Shown here piece by piece: positions 51,101 through 63,515 of a stretch of 64,000 nucleotides of DNA. Positions within the stretch are counted from its first letter, which is position 1. Each line of letters starts with the position of its first letter. The notes beneath the pieces were generated by a model. The model saw only the letters and a list, made by a program, of their open reading frames with translations. It did no database searches and was not told the DNA's origin. Source of the stretch: Isurus oxyrinchus (taxonomy: Eukaryota). Both the position numbers and the translations under genes were made by a program. The stretch lies in contig JANJGN010000019.1 of the NCBI GenBank assembly GCA_026770705.1, positions 92,132,001-92,196,000 of the forward strand. Reading direction: 5' to 3'.

Positions 51101-52002
51101 AACCCAACTCCAATAATGAACAACCTAACCCTAAACCCAACCCCAGTAATAAACACCCTAAACCTAAACACAACCCCAGTAATAAACCCCTAACCTTAAA
51201 CCCAACTCCAGTAATAAACACCCAAAACCTAAACAAAACACCAGTAATAAACCCCTATCCCTAAACCCAACTCCAGTAATAAACACCCAAAACCTAAACA
51301 AAACACCTGTAATAAATACCCTATCCCTAAACCCAACTCCAGTAATAAACACCCAAAACCTAAACAAAATTCCAGTAATAAACACCTAACACTAAACCTA
51401 GCTCCAGTAATAAACAACCTAACCCTAACCCCAGCTCCAGTAATAAACACCCAAACCCTAAACCCAACTCCAGTAATAAACACCCTAACCTTAAACCCAG
51501 CTCCAGTAATAAACAACCTGATCGTAACCCAACTCCAGTAATAAATAGCTAAACCCTAAACCCAACTCTATCAATAAACATCCTAACCATAAACCCAGCT
51601 CCAGTAACAAACACACTAACCCCAAATGCAGTAATGAACACACAAAACCTAAACAAAACTCCAGAAATAAACACGTTAACCGCAAACCCAATGCCGGTAA
51701 TAGGCTCCCTAACCCTAAACCTAGCTCCAGTAATAAACACAATAACCCTAACCCCAGCTCCAGTAATAACCACCCTAACCGTAAACCCAACTCCAGTAAT
51801 AAACATCCGAACCCTAAACCCAGCTTCAGTAATAAACACCCTAACCCGAAATCCAATTCCAGTAATAAACATCCTAACCCAAAACCTAAACAAAACTCCA
51901 GAAATAAACACCATAACCGTGAACCCAAAGCCACTAATAAAGGCCCTAAACGTAATCTCAACTCTAGTAATAAGCACAGTAACCCCAACTACAGTAATAA
52001 GC

Positions 52003-52139
52003 AAAACAAAAACAGAATTACCTGGAAAAACTCAGCAGGTCTGGCAGCATCGGCGGAGAAGAAAAGAGTTGACGTTTCGAGTCCTCATGACCCTTCGACA
52101 GAACTTGATTTCGAGTCCAGGAAAGAGTTGAAATATAAG
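52003..52139 (-). mobile_element. Short 5'-truncated Penelope-like insertion in the satellite
   Basis: Reverse complement of the PLE 3' terminus. TSD CAGTAATAAGC (51992-52002, 52140-52150). Confidence 0.9.
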
Positions 52140-52853
52140 CAGTAATAAGCAGCCTAACCCGAAACCCAACTCCAGTATTAAACACCCTAAACCTAAACCC
52201 AGCTCCAGTAATAACCACACTAACCGTAAACCCAACTCCAGTAATAAACATCCTAATCATAACCCAACTCCAGTAATAAACACCCGAAACCTAAACCCAA
52301 CTCCAGTAATAAACATCCGAACCCTAAACCCAGCTTCAGTAATAAACACCCTAACCCGAAATCCAATTCCAGTAATAAACATCCTAACCCTAAACCCAGC
52401 TCCAGTAATAAACACACTAAACCCAACAATAAACACCCAAAACCTAAACAAAACTCCAAAAATAGACATCATAACCGTGAACCCAAAGCCAGTAATAAAG
52501 GCCCTAAACGTAAACTCAAATCCAGTAATAAACACAGTAAACCCAACTCCAGTAATAAACAGCCTAACCCAAAAGCCAACACCAGTATTAAACACCCTAA
52601 ACCTAAACCCAACTCCACTAATAAACACCCAAAACCTAAACAAAACTCCCGTAATAAACACACAAACCCTAAACCCAAATGCAGTAACAACGAACCTAAC
52701 CCTAAACCGACCTCCAGAAATAAAGACCCTAACCGTAAACCCAACTCTGATAATAAAGGCCCTAACCGTAAACCCAACTCCAGTAATAGACATCTTAAAC
52801 ACACCAACCCCAGTAATAAACACACTAACCCTAAACCCAACAGCAGTAATAAA

Positions 52854-54540
52854 CACTTCCTCCAAATAAAAGGTGTGGCTATGGGTACCCGCATGGGCCC
52901 CAGCTATGCCTGTCTCTTTATGGGGTATGTGGAACATTCCTTGTTGCAAAACTACTCCGGCCCCCTTCCACAACTTTTTCTCCGGTACATCGATGATTAC
53001 TTCGGTGCCACTTCATGCTCTCGTCGGGACTTGGAAAAATGTATTAATTTTGCTTCCAATCTCCACCCCTGCATCATTTTCACGTGGTCCATCTCTGACA
53101 CTTCCCTTCCCTTCCTTGACCCCTCTGTCTCAATCTCTGGTGACAGACTGTCCACCAATATCCATTACAAACCCACTGACTCCCACAGCTACCTCGACTA
53201 CAGCTCCTCACACCCCGCTTCCTGTAAGGACTCCATCCCATTCTCCCAGTTCCTTCGCCTTCGTCGCATCTGTTCCGATGATGCTACCTTCAAAAACGGT
53301 TCCTCTGACATGTCCTCCTTCTTCCTTAACTGAGGTTTTCCACCGACGGTCGTTGACAGGGCCCTCGACCGTGTCCGGCCCATCTCCCGCGCATCCGCCC
53401 TCACGCCTTCTCCTCCCTCCCAGAAACATGATAGGGTCCCCCTTGTCCTCACTTATCACCCCACCAGCCTCCGCATTCAAAGGATCATCCTCCGCCATTT
53501 CCGCCAACTCCAGCACGATGCCACCACCAAACACATCTTCCCTTCACCCCCCTTATCGGCATTCCGTAGGGATCGCTCCCTCCGGGACACCCTGGTCCAC
53601 TCCTCCATCACCCCCTACTCCTCAACCCCCTCCTATGGCACCACCCCATGCCCACGCAAAAGATGTAACACCTGCCCCTTCACTTCCTCTCTCCTCACCG
53701 TCCAAGGGCCCAAACACTCCTTTCAAGTGAAGCAGCATTTCACTTGCATTTCCCCCAACTTAGTCTACTGCATTCGTTGCTCCCAATGTGGTCTCCTCTA
53801 CATTGGAGAGACCAAACGTAAACTGGGCGACCGCTTTGCAGAACACCTGCGGTCTGTCCGCAAGAATGACCCAAACCTCCCTGTCGCTTGCCATTTTAAC
53901 ACTCCACCCTGCTCTCTTGCCCACATGTCTGTCCTTGGCTTGCTGCATTGTTCCAGTGAAGCCCAACGCAAACTGGAGGAACAACACCTCATCTTCCGAC
54001 TAGGCACCTTACAGCCTTCCGGACTGAATATTGAATTCAACAACTTTAGGTCGTGAGCTCCCTCCCCCATCCCCACCCCCTTTCTGTTTCCCCCTTTCTT
54101 TTTTTTCCAATAAATTATATAGATTTTTCTTTTCCCACCTATTTCCATTATTTTTAAATATTTTAAAATCTTTTATGCTCTCCCCACCCCCACTAGAGCT
54201 GTACCTTGAGTGCCCTACCATCCATTCTTAATTAGCACATTCATTTAGATAATATCACCAACTTTAACTTTAACACCTATGTGTTCTATTGTACCATTGT
54301 TGTTGACATCTTTTGATGATCAGCTTCTATCACTGCTTGTTTGTCCACACAACCACCTCTCTCTCTCTCTATCTCTCCGCCCCCCACACACACACCTTAA
54401 ACCAGCTTATATTTCAACTTTTTCTTGGACTCGAACTCAAGTTCTGTCGAAGGGTCATGAGGACTCGAAACGTCAACTCTTTTCTTCTCTGCCGATGCTG
54501 CCAGACCTGCTGAGTTTTTCCTGGTAATTCTGTTTTTGTT
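52854..54540 (+). mobile_element. 5'-truncated Penelope-like element (RT + GIY-YIG endonuclease, Neptune-like Cys linker)
   Basis: One frame 52854-54056: QIKGVAMGTRMGPSYA, LRYIDD, YKPTDSHSYL, CPRKRCNTC, NLVYCIRCSQCGLLYIGETKRKLGDRFAEH, GLN. One premature TGA at 53331 (likely CGA>TGA). 3' UTR/pseudo-LTR 54057-54540. Confidence 0.95.
54440..54478 (+). ncRNA. Putative minimal type I hammerhead ribozyme in the PLE terminal repeat
   Basis: AGTT-CTGTCGA-A-GGGTC-atgag-GACTC-GAAA-C-GTC-AACT: stem I AGUU/AACU, stem II GGGUC/GACUC, GAAA, GUC cleavage triplet, palindromic ACGT in place of stem III. Also at 4929-4967(-), 4986-5024(+), 5803-5841(-) and 52067-52105(-). Confidence 0.6.
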
Positions 54541-57500
54541 CCAGTAATAAACATCCTAATCGCAGCCCAACTCCAGTAATAAACATCCAAACCCTAAACT
54601 CAAACTCCAGTAATAAACACCCTAAACTAAACCCAGCTCCAGTAATAAACACCCTGATCGTAACCCAACTCCAGTAATAAACAGCTAAACCCGAAACCCA
54701 ACTCTATCAATAAACATCCTAACCATAAACCCTGCTCCAGTAACAAACACCCTAACCCCAGCTCCAGTAATAAACACCCAAAACCTAAACAAAATTCCAG
54801 TAATAAACACCCTAACCCTAAACCTAGCTCCAGTAATAAACACCCTAACCCTAACCCCAGCTCCAGTAATAAACAGCCTAACCCTAAACCCAACTACAGT
54901 AATAAACACCCTAACCTTAAACCCAGCTCCAGTAATAAACACCCTAATCGTAACACAATTCCAGTAATAAACACCCTAATCGCAGCCCAACTCCAGTAAT
55001 AAACACAAAACCCTGAACCCAACTCCTGTAATAAACACCCTAAACTAAACCTAGCTCCAGTAATAAACACCCTGATCGTAACCCAACTCCAGTAATAAAC
55101 ACCCTGATCGTAACCCAAGTCCAGTAATAAACAGCTAAACCCTAAACCCAACTCTATCAATAAACATCCTAACCATAAACCCAGCTCCAGTAACAAACAC
55201 ACTAACCCCAATTGCAGTAACGAACACACAAAAACTAAACAAAACTCCAGAAATAAACACACTAACCGTAAAACCAATGCCGGTAATAGGCTCCCTAACC
55301 CTAAACCTAGTTCCAGTAATAAACACACTAACCCTAACCCCGGCTCCAGTAATAAACACCCAAACCCTAAAACCAGCAAAAAACACCCTAAACCTGAATC
55401 CAACTCTAATAATAATCACCCTAACACGAAACACAAATCCAGTAATAAATGCCCTAACCATAAACCCAACTCCAGTAATAAACACCCTAACCCTAAAGAC
55501 AACTCCAGTAATACACACCCTAACCGTGAACTCAGCTCCAATCATAACCACCCTAACAGTAAACCGAACTCGGTAATAAAGGCCCTAACCATAAACCCAA
55601 CTCCAGTAATAAACACCCTAAACACAACCCCAACTCCAGTAATAAACACCCTAACCCTAAACCCAACCCCAGTAATAAACCCCCAAAACCTAAACAAAGC
55701 TCCAGTAATAAAACCCTATCCCTAAATCCAAATCCAGTAATAAACACCCAAAACCTAAACGAAACACCTGTAATAAACACCCTAAACCGAGCTCCAGTAA
55801 TAAACACCCTAACCCTAAACGCAACTCAAGTAATAAACAACATAACCGTAAACACAACTCCAGTAATAAACACCCTAATCGTTACCCAATTCCAGTAATA
55901 AACACCCAAATCGTAACCCAGTTCCAGTAATAAACATGCTAACCGTAACCCAACTCCAGTAATACACACAGTAAGCCCAACTCCAGTAATAAACAGCCTA
56001 ACCCGAAAACCAACTCTAGTATTAAACATCCTAAACCCAGCTCCAGTAATAAACATCTTAATCCCAACTCCAGTAATAAAAACCCAAAATCTAAACCCAA
56101 CTCCACTAATAAACACCCAAAACCTAAACAAAACTCCTGTAATAAACACACTAACCCTAAACCCAAATGCAGTAACAAAGTCCCTAACCCTAAACCGACC
56201 TCCAGAAATAAACACCCTAACCGTAAACCCAACTCCGGTAATAAAGGCCCTAACCGTAAACCCAACTCCAGTAATAGACATCTTAAACCCAACACCAACC
56301 CCAGTAATAAACACTATAACCCTAAACCCAAATGTAGTAATAAACACCCTAACCCTAAAGACAACTCCAGTAATACACACCCTAACCGTGAACCCAGCTC
56401 CAATCATAACCACCCTAACAGTAAACCGAACTCCGGTAATAAAGGCCCTAACCATAAACCCAACTCCAGTAATAAACACCCTAAACACAACCCCAAATCC
56501 AGTAATAAACACCATAACCCTAAACCCAAACCCAGTAATAAACCCCTAACCCTAAACCCAACTCCAGTAATAAACACCCAAAACCTAAACAAAACTCCAG
56601 TAATAAACCCCTATCCCTAAACCCAACTCCAGTAATAAACACCCAAAACCTAAACAAAACACCTGTAATAAACACCCTAACCCTAAACCCAGCTCCAGTA
56701 ATAAACACTCTAACCCTAAACGCAACTCAAGTAATAAACAACCTAACCGTAAACCCAACTCCAGTAATAAACACCCCAATCGTTACCCAATTCCAGTAAT
56801 AAACACCCAAATCGTAACCCAGTTCCAGTAATAAACACGCTAACCGTAAACAAACTTCAGTAATACACACAGTAAGCCCAACTCCAGTAATAAACAGCCT
56901 AACCCGAAAACCAACTCCAGTATTAAACATCCTAAACCTAAACCCAGCTCCAGCAATAAACATCTTAATCCCAGCTCCAGTAATAAACACCCAAAACCTA
57001 AACCCAACTCCACTAATAAACACCCAAAACCTAAACCCAACTCCACTAATAAACACCCAAAACCTAAACCCAACTCCACTAATAAACAACCAAAACCTAA
57101 ACAAAACTCCTGTAATAAACACCCTAACCGTAAAACCAACTCCGGTAATAAAGGCCCTAACCGTAAACCCAATTCCAGTAATAGACACCTTAAACCCAAC
57201 ACCAATCCCAGTAATAAACACCCTAACTCTAAACCCAACAGCAGTAATAAACACCCTAACCCTAAAGACAACTTCAGTAATACACACCCTAAACCGAAAC
57301 TCAGCTCCATTAATAAACACCCTAACCCCAGCTCCAGTAATAAACACCCAAAACCTAAACAAAATTCCAGTAATAAACACCCTAACCCTAAACCTAGCTC
57401 CAGTAATAAACACCCTAACCCTAACCCCAGCTCCAGTAATAAACAGCCTAACCCTAAACCCAACTCCAGTAATAAACACCCTAACCTTAAACCCAGCTCC

Positions 57501-60500
57501 AGTAATAAACACCCTAATCGTAACCCGACTCCAGTAATGAACACCCTAATCGCAGCCCAACTCCAGTAATAAACACCCAAACCCTAAACCCAACTCCAGT
57601 AATAAACACCCGAAACTACACCCAGCTCCAGTAATAAACACCCTGATCGTAACCCAACTCCAGTAATAAACACCCTGATCGTAACCCAACTCCAGTAACA
57701 AACACCCTAATCGCAACCCAACTCCAGTAATAAACAGCTAAACCCTAAACCCAACTCTATCAATAAACATCCTAACCATAAACCCTGCTCCAGTAACAAA
57801 CACACTAACCCCAATTGCAGTAATGAACACACAAAACCTAAACAAAACTCCAGAAATAAATACACTAACCGTAAAACCAATGCCGGTAATAGGCTCCCTA
57901 ACCCTAAACCTAGCTCCAGTAATAAACACACTAACCCTAACCCCGGCTCCAGTAATAAACACCCTAACCCTAAACCAGCAAAAACACCCAAAACCTGAAT
58001 CCAACTCTAGTAATAATCACCCTAACCCGAAACCCAACTCCAGTAATAAACACCCTAACCCTAAACCCAGCTCCAGTAATAAACACTCTAACCCTAAACG
58101 CAACTCAAGTAATAAACAATCTAACCGTAAACCCAACTCCAGTAATAAACACCCCAATCATTACCCAATTCCAGTAATAAACACCCAAATCATAACCCAG
58201 TTCCAGTAATAAACACGCTAACCGTAACCAAACTTCAGTAATACACACAGTAAGCCCAACTCCAGTAATAAACAGCCTAACCCGAAAACCAACTCCAGTA
58301 TTAAACATCCTAAACCTAAACCCAGCTCCAGTAATAAACATCTTAATCCCAGCTCCAGTAATAAACACCCAAAACCTAAACCCAACTCCACTAATAAACA
58401 CCCAAAACCTAAACAAAACTCCTGTAATAAACACACTAACCCTAAAGCCAAATGCAGTAACAAAGACCCTAAGCCTAAACCCACCTCCAGAAATAAACAC
58501 CCTAACCGTAAAACCAACTCCGGTAATAAAGGCCCTAACCGTAAACCCAACTCCAGTAATAGACACCTTAAACCCAACACCAACCCCAGTAATAAACACC
58601 CTAACCCTAAACCCAACAGCAGTAATAAACACCCTAACCCTAAAGACAACACCAGTAATACACACCCCAAACCTAAACTCAGCTCCATTAATAAACACCC
58701 TAACCCCAGCTCCAGTAATGAACACCCAAAACCTAAACAAAATTCCAGTAATAAACACCCTAACCCTAAACCTAGCTCCAGTAATAAACACCCTAACCCT
58801 AACCCCAGCTCCAGTAATAAACAGCCTAACCCTAAACCCAGCTCCAGTAATAAACACCCTAACCTTAAACACAGCTCCAGTAATAAACACCCTAATCGTA
58901 ACCCAACTCCAGTAATAAACACCCAAACCCTAAACCCAACTCCAGTAATAAACACCCTAAACTACACCCAGCTCCTGTAATAAACACCCTGATCGTAACC
59001 CAACTCCAGTAATAAACACACTGATCGTAACCCAACTCCAGTAATAAACACCCTAATCGCAACCCAACTCCAGTAATAAACAGCTAAACCCTAAACCCAA
59101 CTCTATCAATAAACATCCTAACTATAAACCCTGCTCCAGTAACAAACACACTAACCCCAATTGCAGTAATGAACACACAAAACCTAAACAAAACTCCAGT
59201 AATAAACACCCTAACCCTAAACCCAGCTCCAGTAATAACCAATATAACCATAAACCCAACTGCAGTAATAAACACCCAAATCATAACCCAACTCCAGTAA
59301 TAAACACCCTAACCGTAAAACCAATGCCGGTAATAGGCTCCCTAACCCTAAACCTAGCTCCAGTAATAAACACACTAACCCTAACCCCGGCTCCAGTAAT
59401 AAACACCCTAACCTTAACACCAGCAAAAAACACCCAAAACCTGAATCCAACTCTAGTAGTAATCACCCTAACCCGAAACCCAACTCCAATAATAAATGCC
59501 CTAACCATAAACCCAACTCCAGTAATAAACACCTTAACCCTAAACCCAGCTCCAGTAATAACCAATATAACCGTAAACCCAACTCCAGTAATAAACACCC
59601 AAATCGTAACCCAACTCCAGTAATAAACACCCTAACCGTAACCCAATTCCAGGAATAAACACCCTAACCGTAACCCAAACTCCTGTAATAAACATCCTAA
59701 CCCTAAACACAGCTCCAGTAATAAACACACTAACCTCAACTCCAGTAATAAACACCCAAAACCTAAACAAAACTCCAGTAATAAACACCATAACCCTAAA
59801 CGCAACTCCAGTAATAAACACACTAACCGTAAACCCAGCTCCAGTAATAAACCCCTAACCCTAAACCCAACTCCAGTAATAAACACCCTATCCCTAAACC
59901 CAGCCCCAGTAATAACAAACCTAACCCTAAACCGAACTCCAGTAATAAACACCCAAATTGTAAACCCAGCTGCAGTCATAACCAAACCGACCCTACACCC
60001 AACTCCAGTACTAAACGCCCTAAGCATAAACCCAACTCCAGTAATAAACACCCTAACTCCAGCTCCAGTAATAAAGACCCTAACGCTAAACGTAACTCCA
60101 ATAATAAACAGCCTAACTGTAAGCCCAACTCCAGTAATACAGACCCTAATCATAACCCAACTCCAGTAGTGAACACCCTAACCCTAAACCCAACCCCAGT
60201 AATAAATATCCGAACCCTAAACCCAGCTCCAGTAATAAGCACCCTAACCCAAAACCCAACTCCATTAATAAACACCCAAACCCTAAACGCAACTCCAGTA
60301 ATAAACATCCTAACCCTAAACCCAGCTCCAGAAATAAACACACTAACCCCAACAATAAATACCCAAAACCTAAACAAAATTCCAGAAATAAACACCATAA
60401 CCATGACCCAAAGCCGGTAATAAAGGCCCTAATGTAAACCCAACTCCAGTAATAAAGACAGTAACCCCAACTCCAGTAATAAAAAGCCTAACCCAAAACC

Positions 60501-63308
60501 CAACACCAGTATTAAACACTCTAAACCTAAACCCAGCTCCAGTAGTAAAGAGCTTAACCCCAACTCCAGTAATAAACACCCTAACCCTAAACCCAACTCC
60601 ACTAATAAACACCCAAAACCTACACAAAACTTCTGTAACAAACACAGTAACCCTAAACCCAAATGCAGTAACAAAGACCCTAACCCCAGCTCCAGTAATA
60701 AACACCCTAACCCTAACCCCAGTTCCAGTAATAAACACCCTAACCCTAAACCCAACTCCAGTAATAAACACCCGAAACCTAAACCCAACTCCAGTAATAA
60801 ACACGCTATCCCAAACCCAACTCCAGTAATAAACACCCTAAACCCAACCCCAACTCCAGAATTAAACACTGTAACCCCAGCTCCAGGAAAAAACACCCTA
60901 AACCCAACTCCAGTAATAAACACCCGAAACCTAAACCCAACTCCAGTAATAAACACCCTAAACCCAATACCAGTAATAATCACCCTAACCCCAAAGATTA
61001 CTCCAGTAATACACACCCTATCCCTAAACCCAGCCCCAGTAATAACAAACTAACGCTAAACCGAACTCCAGTAACAAACACCCTAACCGTAAAGCCAGCT
61101 CCAGTCATAACCAATCTAACCCTACACCCAACTGCAGTAATAAATGCCCTAACTCTGGCTCCAGTAATATAGACCCTAACGCTAAACGTAACTCCAATAA
61201 TAAACAGCCTAACTGTAAGCCCAACTCCAGTAATACACACCCTAATCGTAACCAAACTCCAGTAATAAACACACTAACCCTAAACCCAAACCCAGTAATA
61301 AACATTCTAACCCTAAACCCAGCTCCAGTAATAAACACCCTAACCCAAAACCCAACTCCATTAATAAACACCCAAACCCTAAACCCAACTCCAGTAATAA
61401 ACATCCTAACCCTAAACCCAACTGCAGTGACAAATACCCTAACTGTAAACCCAAATCCAGAAATAAACACCCTAACCCCAACTCCAGTAATGAACACACT
61501 AACCATAAACACAGCTCCAGTAATAAACACCCTAAACCCAACTCCAGTAATAAACACTCTAACCCTAAAGCCAACTCCAGTAATAAACACCCTAACCCTA
61601 AATCCAACTCCAGTAATAAACACACTAACCTTAAACCCAGCTCCAGTAATATACACCCTAACCCTAAACCCAACTCCAGTAATAAACGCCCTAACCCTAA
61701 ACCTAGTTCCAGTAATAAACACCCTAACCCTAACCACAGCTCCAGTAATAAACACCATAACCCTATTCCCAGCTCCAGTAATAAACACCCTAACTCTAAA
61801 CCCAACACCAGTAATAAACACCCTAACCCTAAACCAGCTCCAGTAATAAACACACTAACCTTAAGCCCAGCTCCAGTAATAACCACCCTAACCGTAACCC
61901 CAAATCCAGTAATAAACACCCTAATCGTGGCCCAACTCCAGTAATAAACACCCTAATCATAATCCAACTCCAATAATAAACACACTAACCGTAACCCAAC
62001 TCCAGTATTAAATACCCTAACTGTAAACCCAATTCCAGTAATAAATATCCTAACCCTAAACCCAGCTCCAGTAACAACACGCTAACCCCAACTCCTGCAA
62101 TAAACACCCAAAACCTAAACAAAACTCCAGAAATAAACACGTTAATCGTAAACCCAACGCCGGTAATAAAGGCCCTAAACGTAAACCCAACTCCAGTATT
62201 AAAGACCCTAAACATAACCCCAACTCCAGTAATAAACACCGTAACCCCAATTCCTGTAATAAACAGCCTAACCCGAAACCCAACTCCAGTATTGAACACC
62301 CTAACCCTAAAGCCAGCTTCAGTAATAAACACCTTAACCCCAACTCCAGTAATAAACACCCGAAACCTAAAACCAACGTCAGTAATAAATAACCAAAACC
62401 TAAGCAAAACTCCAGTAATAAACACACTAACCCTAAACCCAACTGGAGTAACAAATACCCTAACCGTAAACCTAACTACAGAAATAAACACCCTAACCGT
62501 AAACCCAAATCCGGTAATAAAGGCCCTAACCATTAACCCAACTCCAGTAATATACACCTTAAACCGAACCCCAACTCCAGTAATAAACACCCGAAGCAGA
62601 AACCCAATTCCAGTACTAAACACCCTAAACCTAAACACAGCTCCAGTGATAAATACCCTAACCCCAACTCCAGTAACAAACACCCAAAACCTAAACCCAA
62701 CTCCAGTAATAAACACACTAACCCTAAATGCAACTGCAGTAACAAATACCCTAACCGTAAACCCAACTCCAGAAATAAACACACTAACCATAAACCCAAT
62801 GCTGGTAATAAAGACCCTAACCCTAATCCCAATTCCAGTAATAAACATCCTAACCCTAAACCCAATTCCAGTAATAAACACCCTAACCCTAAACCTAGCT
62901 CTAGTAATAAACACCCTAACCCTAATTCCAACTCCAATAATAAACACGGTAAACCGAAACCCAACTTCAGTAATAAACTCTCTAACCATAAATCTTGCTC
63001 CAGTAATAAACACCCTAACTCTAAACCCAGCTCCATTAATAAACACCCTAACCCTAAACCCACGCCAGTATTAAACACCCTAACCCTAAACCCAACTCCA
63101 GTATTAAACACCCTAACCCTAAACCCAACTCCAGTAATAAACACCCTAACCCTAAACCCAGCTCCAGTAATAAACACCCTAACCCTAAACCCAACTCCAG
63201 TAATAAACACCCTAACCGTAAACCCAGCTGCAGTAATAAACACCCTAACCCTAAACCCACCAGTATTAAACACCCTAACCCTAAATCCAACTCCAGTAAT
63301 AAACACTC

Positions 63309-63515
63309 TGGCACCAATCATCACAGTGACGTCACAATGCTGCTGGCTCCGCTCCTTCAGGAATTGAAGTGTGCGGCCAGGTGCACGAAACTAAAAATTA
63401 TTGCGGACCACAAAAAACACGGGCCGCACCGCGCCGCTTGGTCGGGTGTGGTGACGTGTTTCCGGTGACGGTGCTGTTTCCGGCGAAGAGGCAGAGCTGT
63501 AATAGTGAGACTGAC
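63309..63515 (+). promoter_or_regulatory. CpG-rich TATA-less promoter / 5' UTR of SRP14
   Basis: CCAAT box 63314-63318, palindromic CRE GTGACGTCAC 63326-63335, half-CREs GTGACG at 63451 and 63465, two ETS-type TTTCCGG at 63459 and 63477, high CpG density. Confidence 0.75.

Larger units (their letters stand above)
33570..63308 (+). repeat. ~30-kb satellite, 33-bp monomer containing two telomeric CCCTAA hexamers (27- and 32-bp variants)
   Basis: Consensus ACCCAACTCCAGTAATAAACACCCTAACCCTAA read directly. The core CTCCAGTAATAAAC is the best conserved part. Roughly 850-900 monomers, estimated from length divided by period. Confidence 0.97.

Noticed and set aside
52873-53730. 285-aa Pro/Ser-rich ORF
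   Set aside because: Alternative frame overlapping the C-rich Penelope RT ORF.
52854-54540. Telomerase or telomere-maintaining endonuclease-deficient PLE (Athena/Coprina-like) generating the satellite
   Set aside because: The element has an intact GIY-YIG domain, its termini also occur in non-satellite DNA, and it contains no copy of the monomer.
52003-54540. One composite element with inverted termini enclosing 700 bp of satellite
   Set aside because: The short left copy has its own 11-bp TSD, so two independent insertions is the simpler reading.
33570-63308. CRISPR-like look: constant core with variable intervening sequence
   Set aside because: The variable parts are mutated copies of the same CCCTAA-type sequence, not unique spacers. 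The context is vertebrate and there are no cas genes.
33570-63308. True telomere
   Set aside because: No long pure (CCCTAA)n run, and the array is flanked by ordinary genomic DNA on both sides.
33702-63317. Dozens of long ORFs: (NPTPVINTLTL)n resembling a mucin or an 11-residue antifreeze repeat, (FITGVGFRVRV)n and (LLELGLGLGCL)n
   Set aside because: A 33-bp monomer is stop-free in three frames by construction. Frequent 32-bp variants shift the frame, so there is no selection on reading frame.
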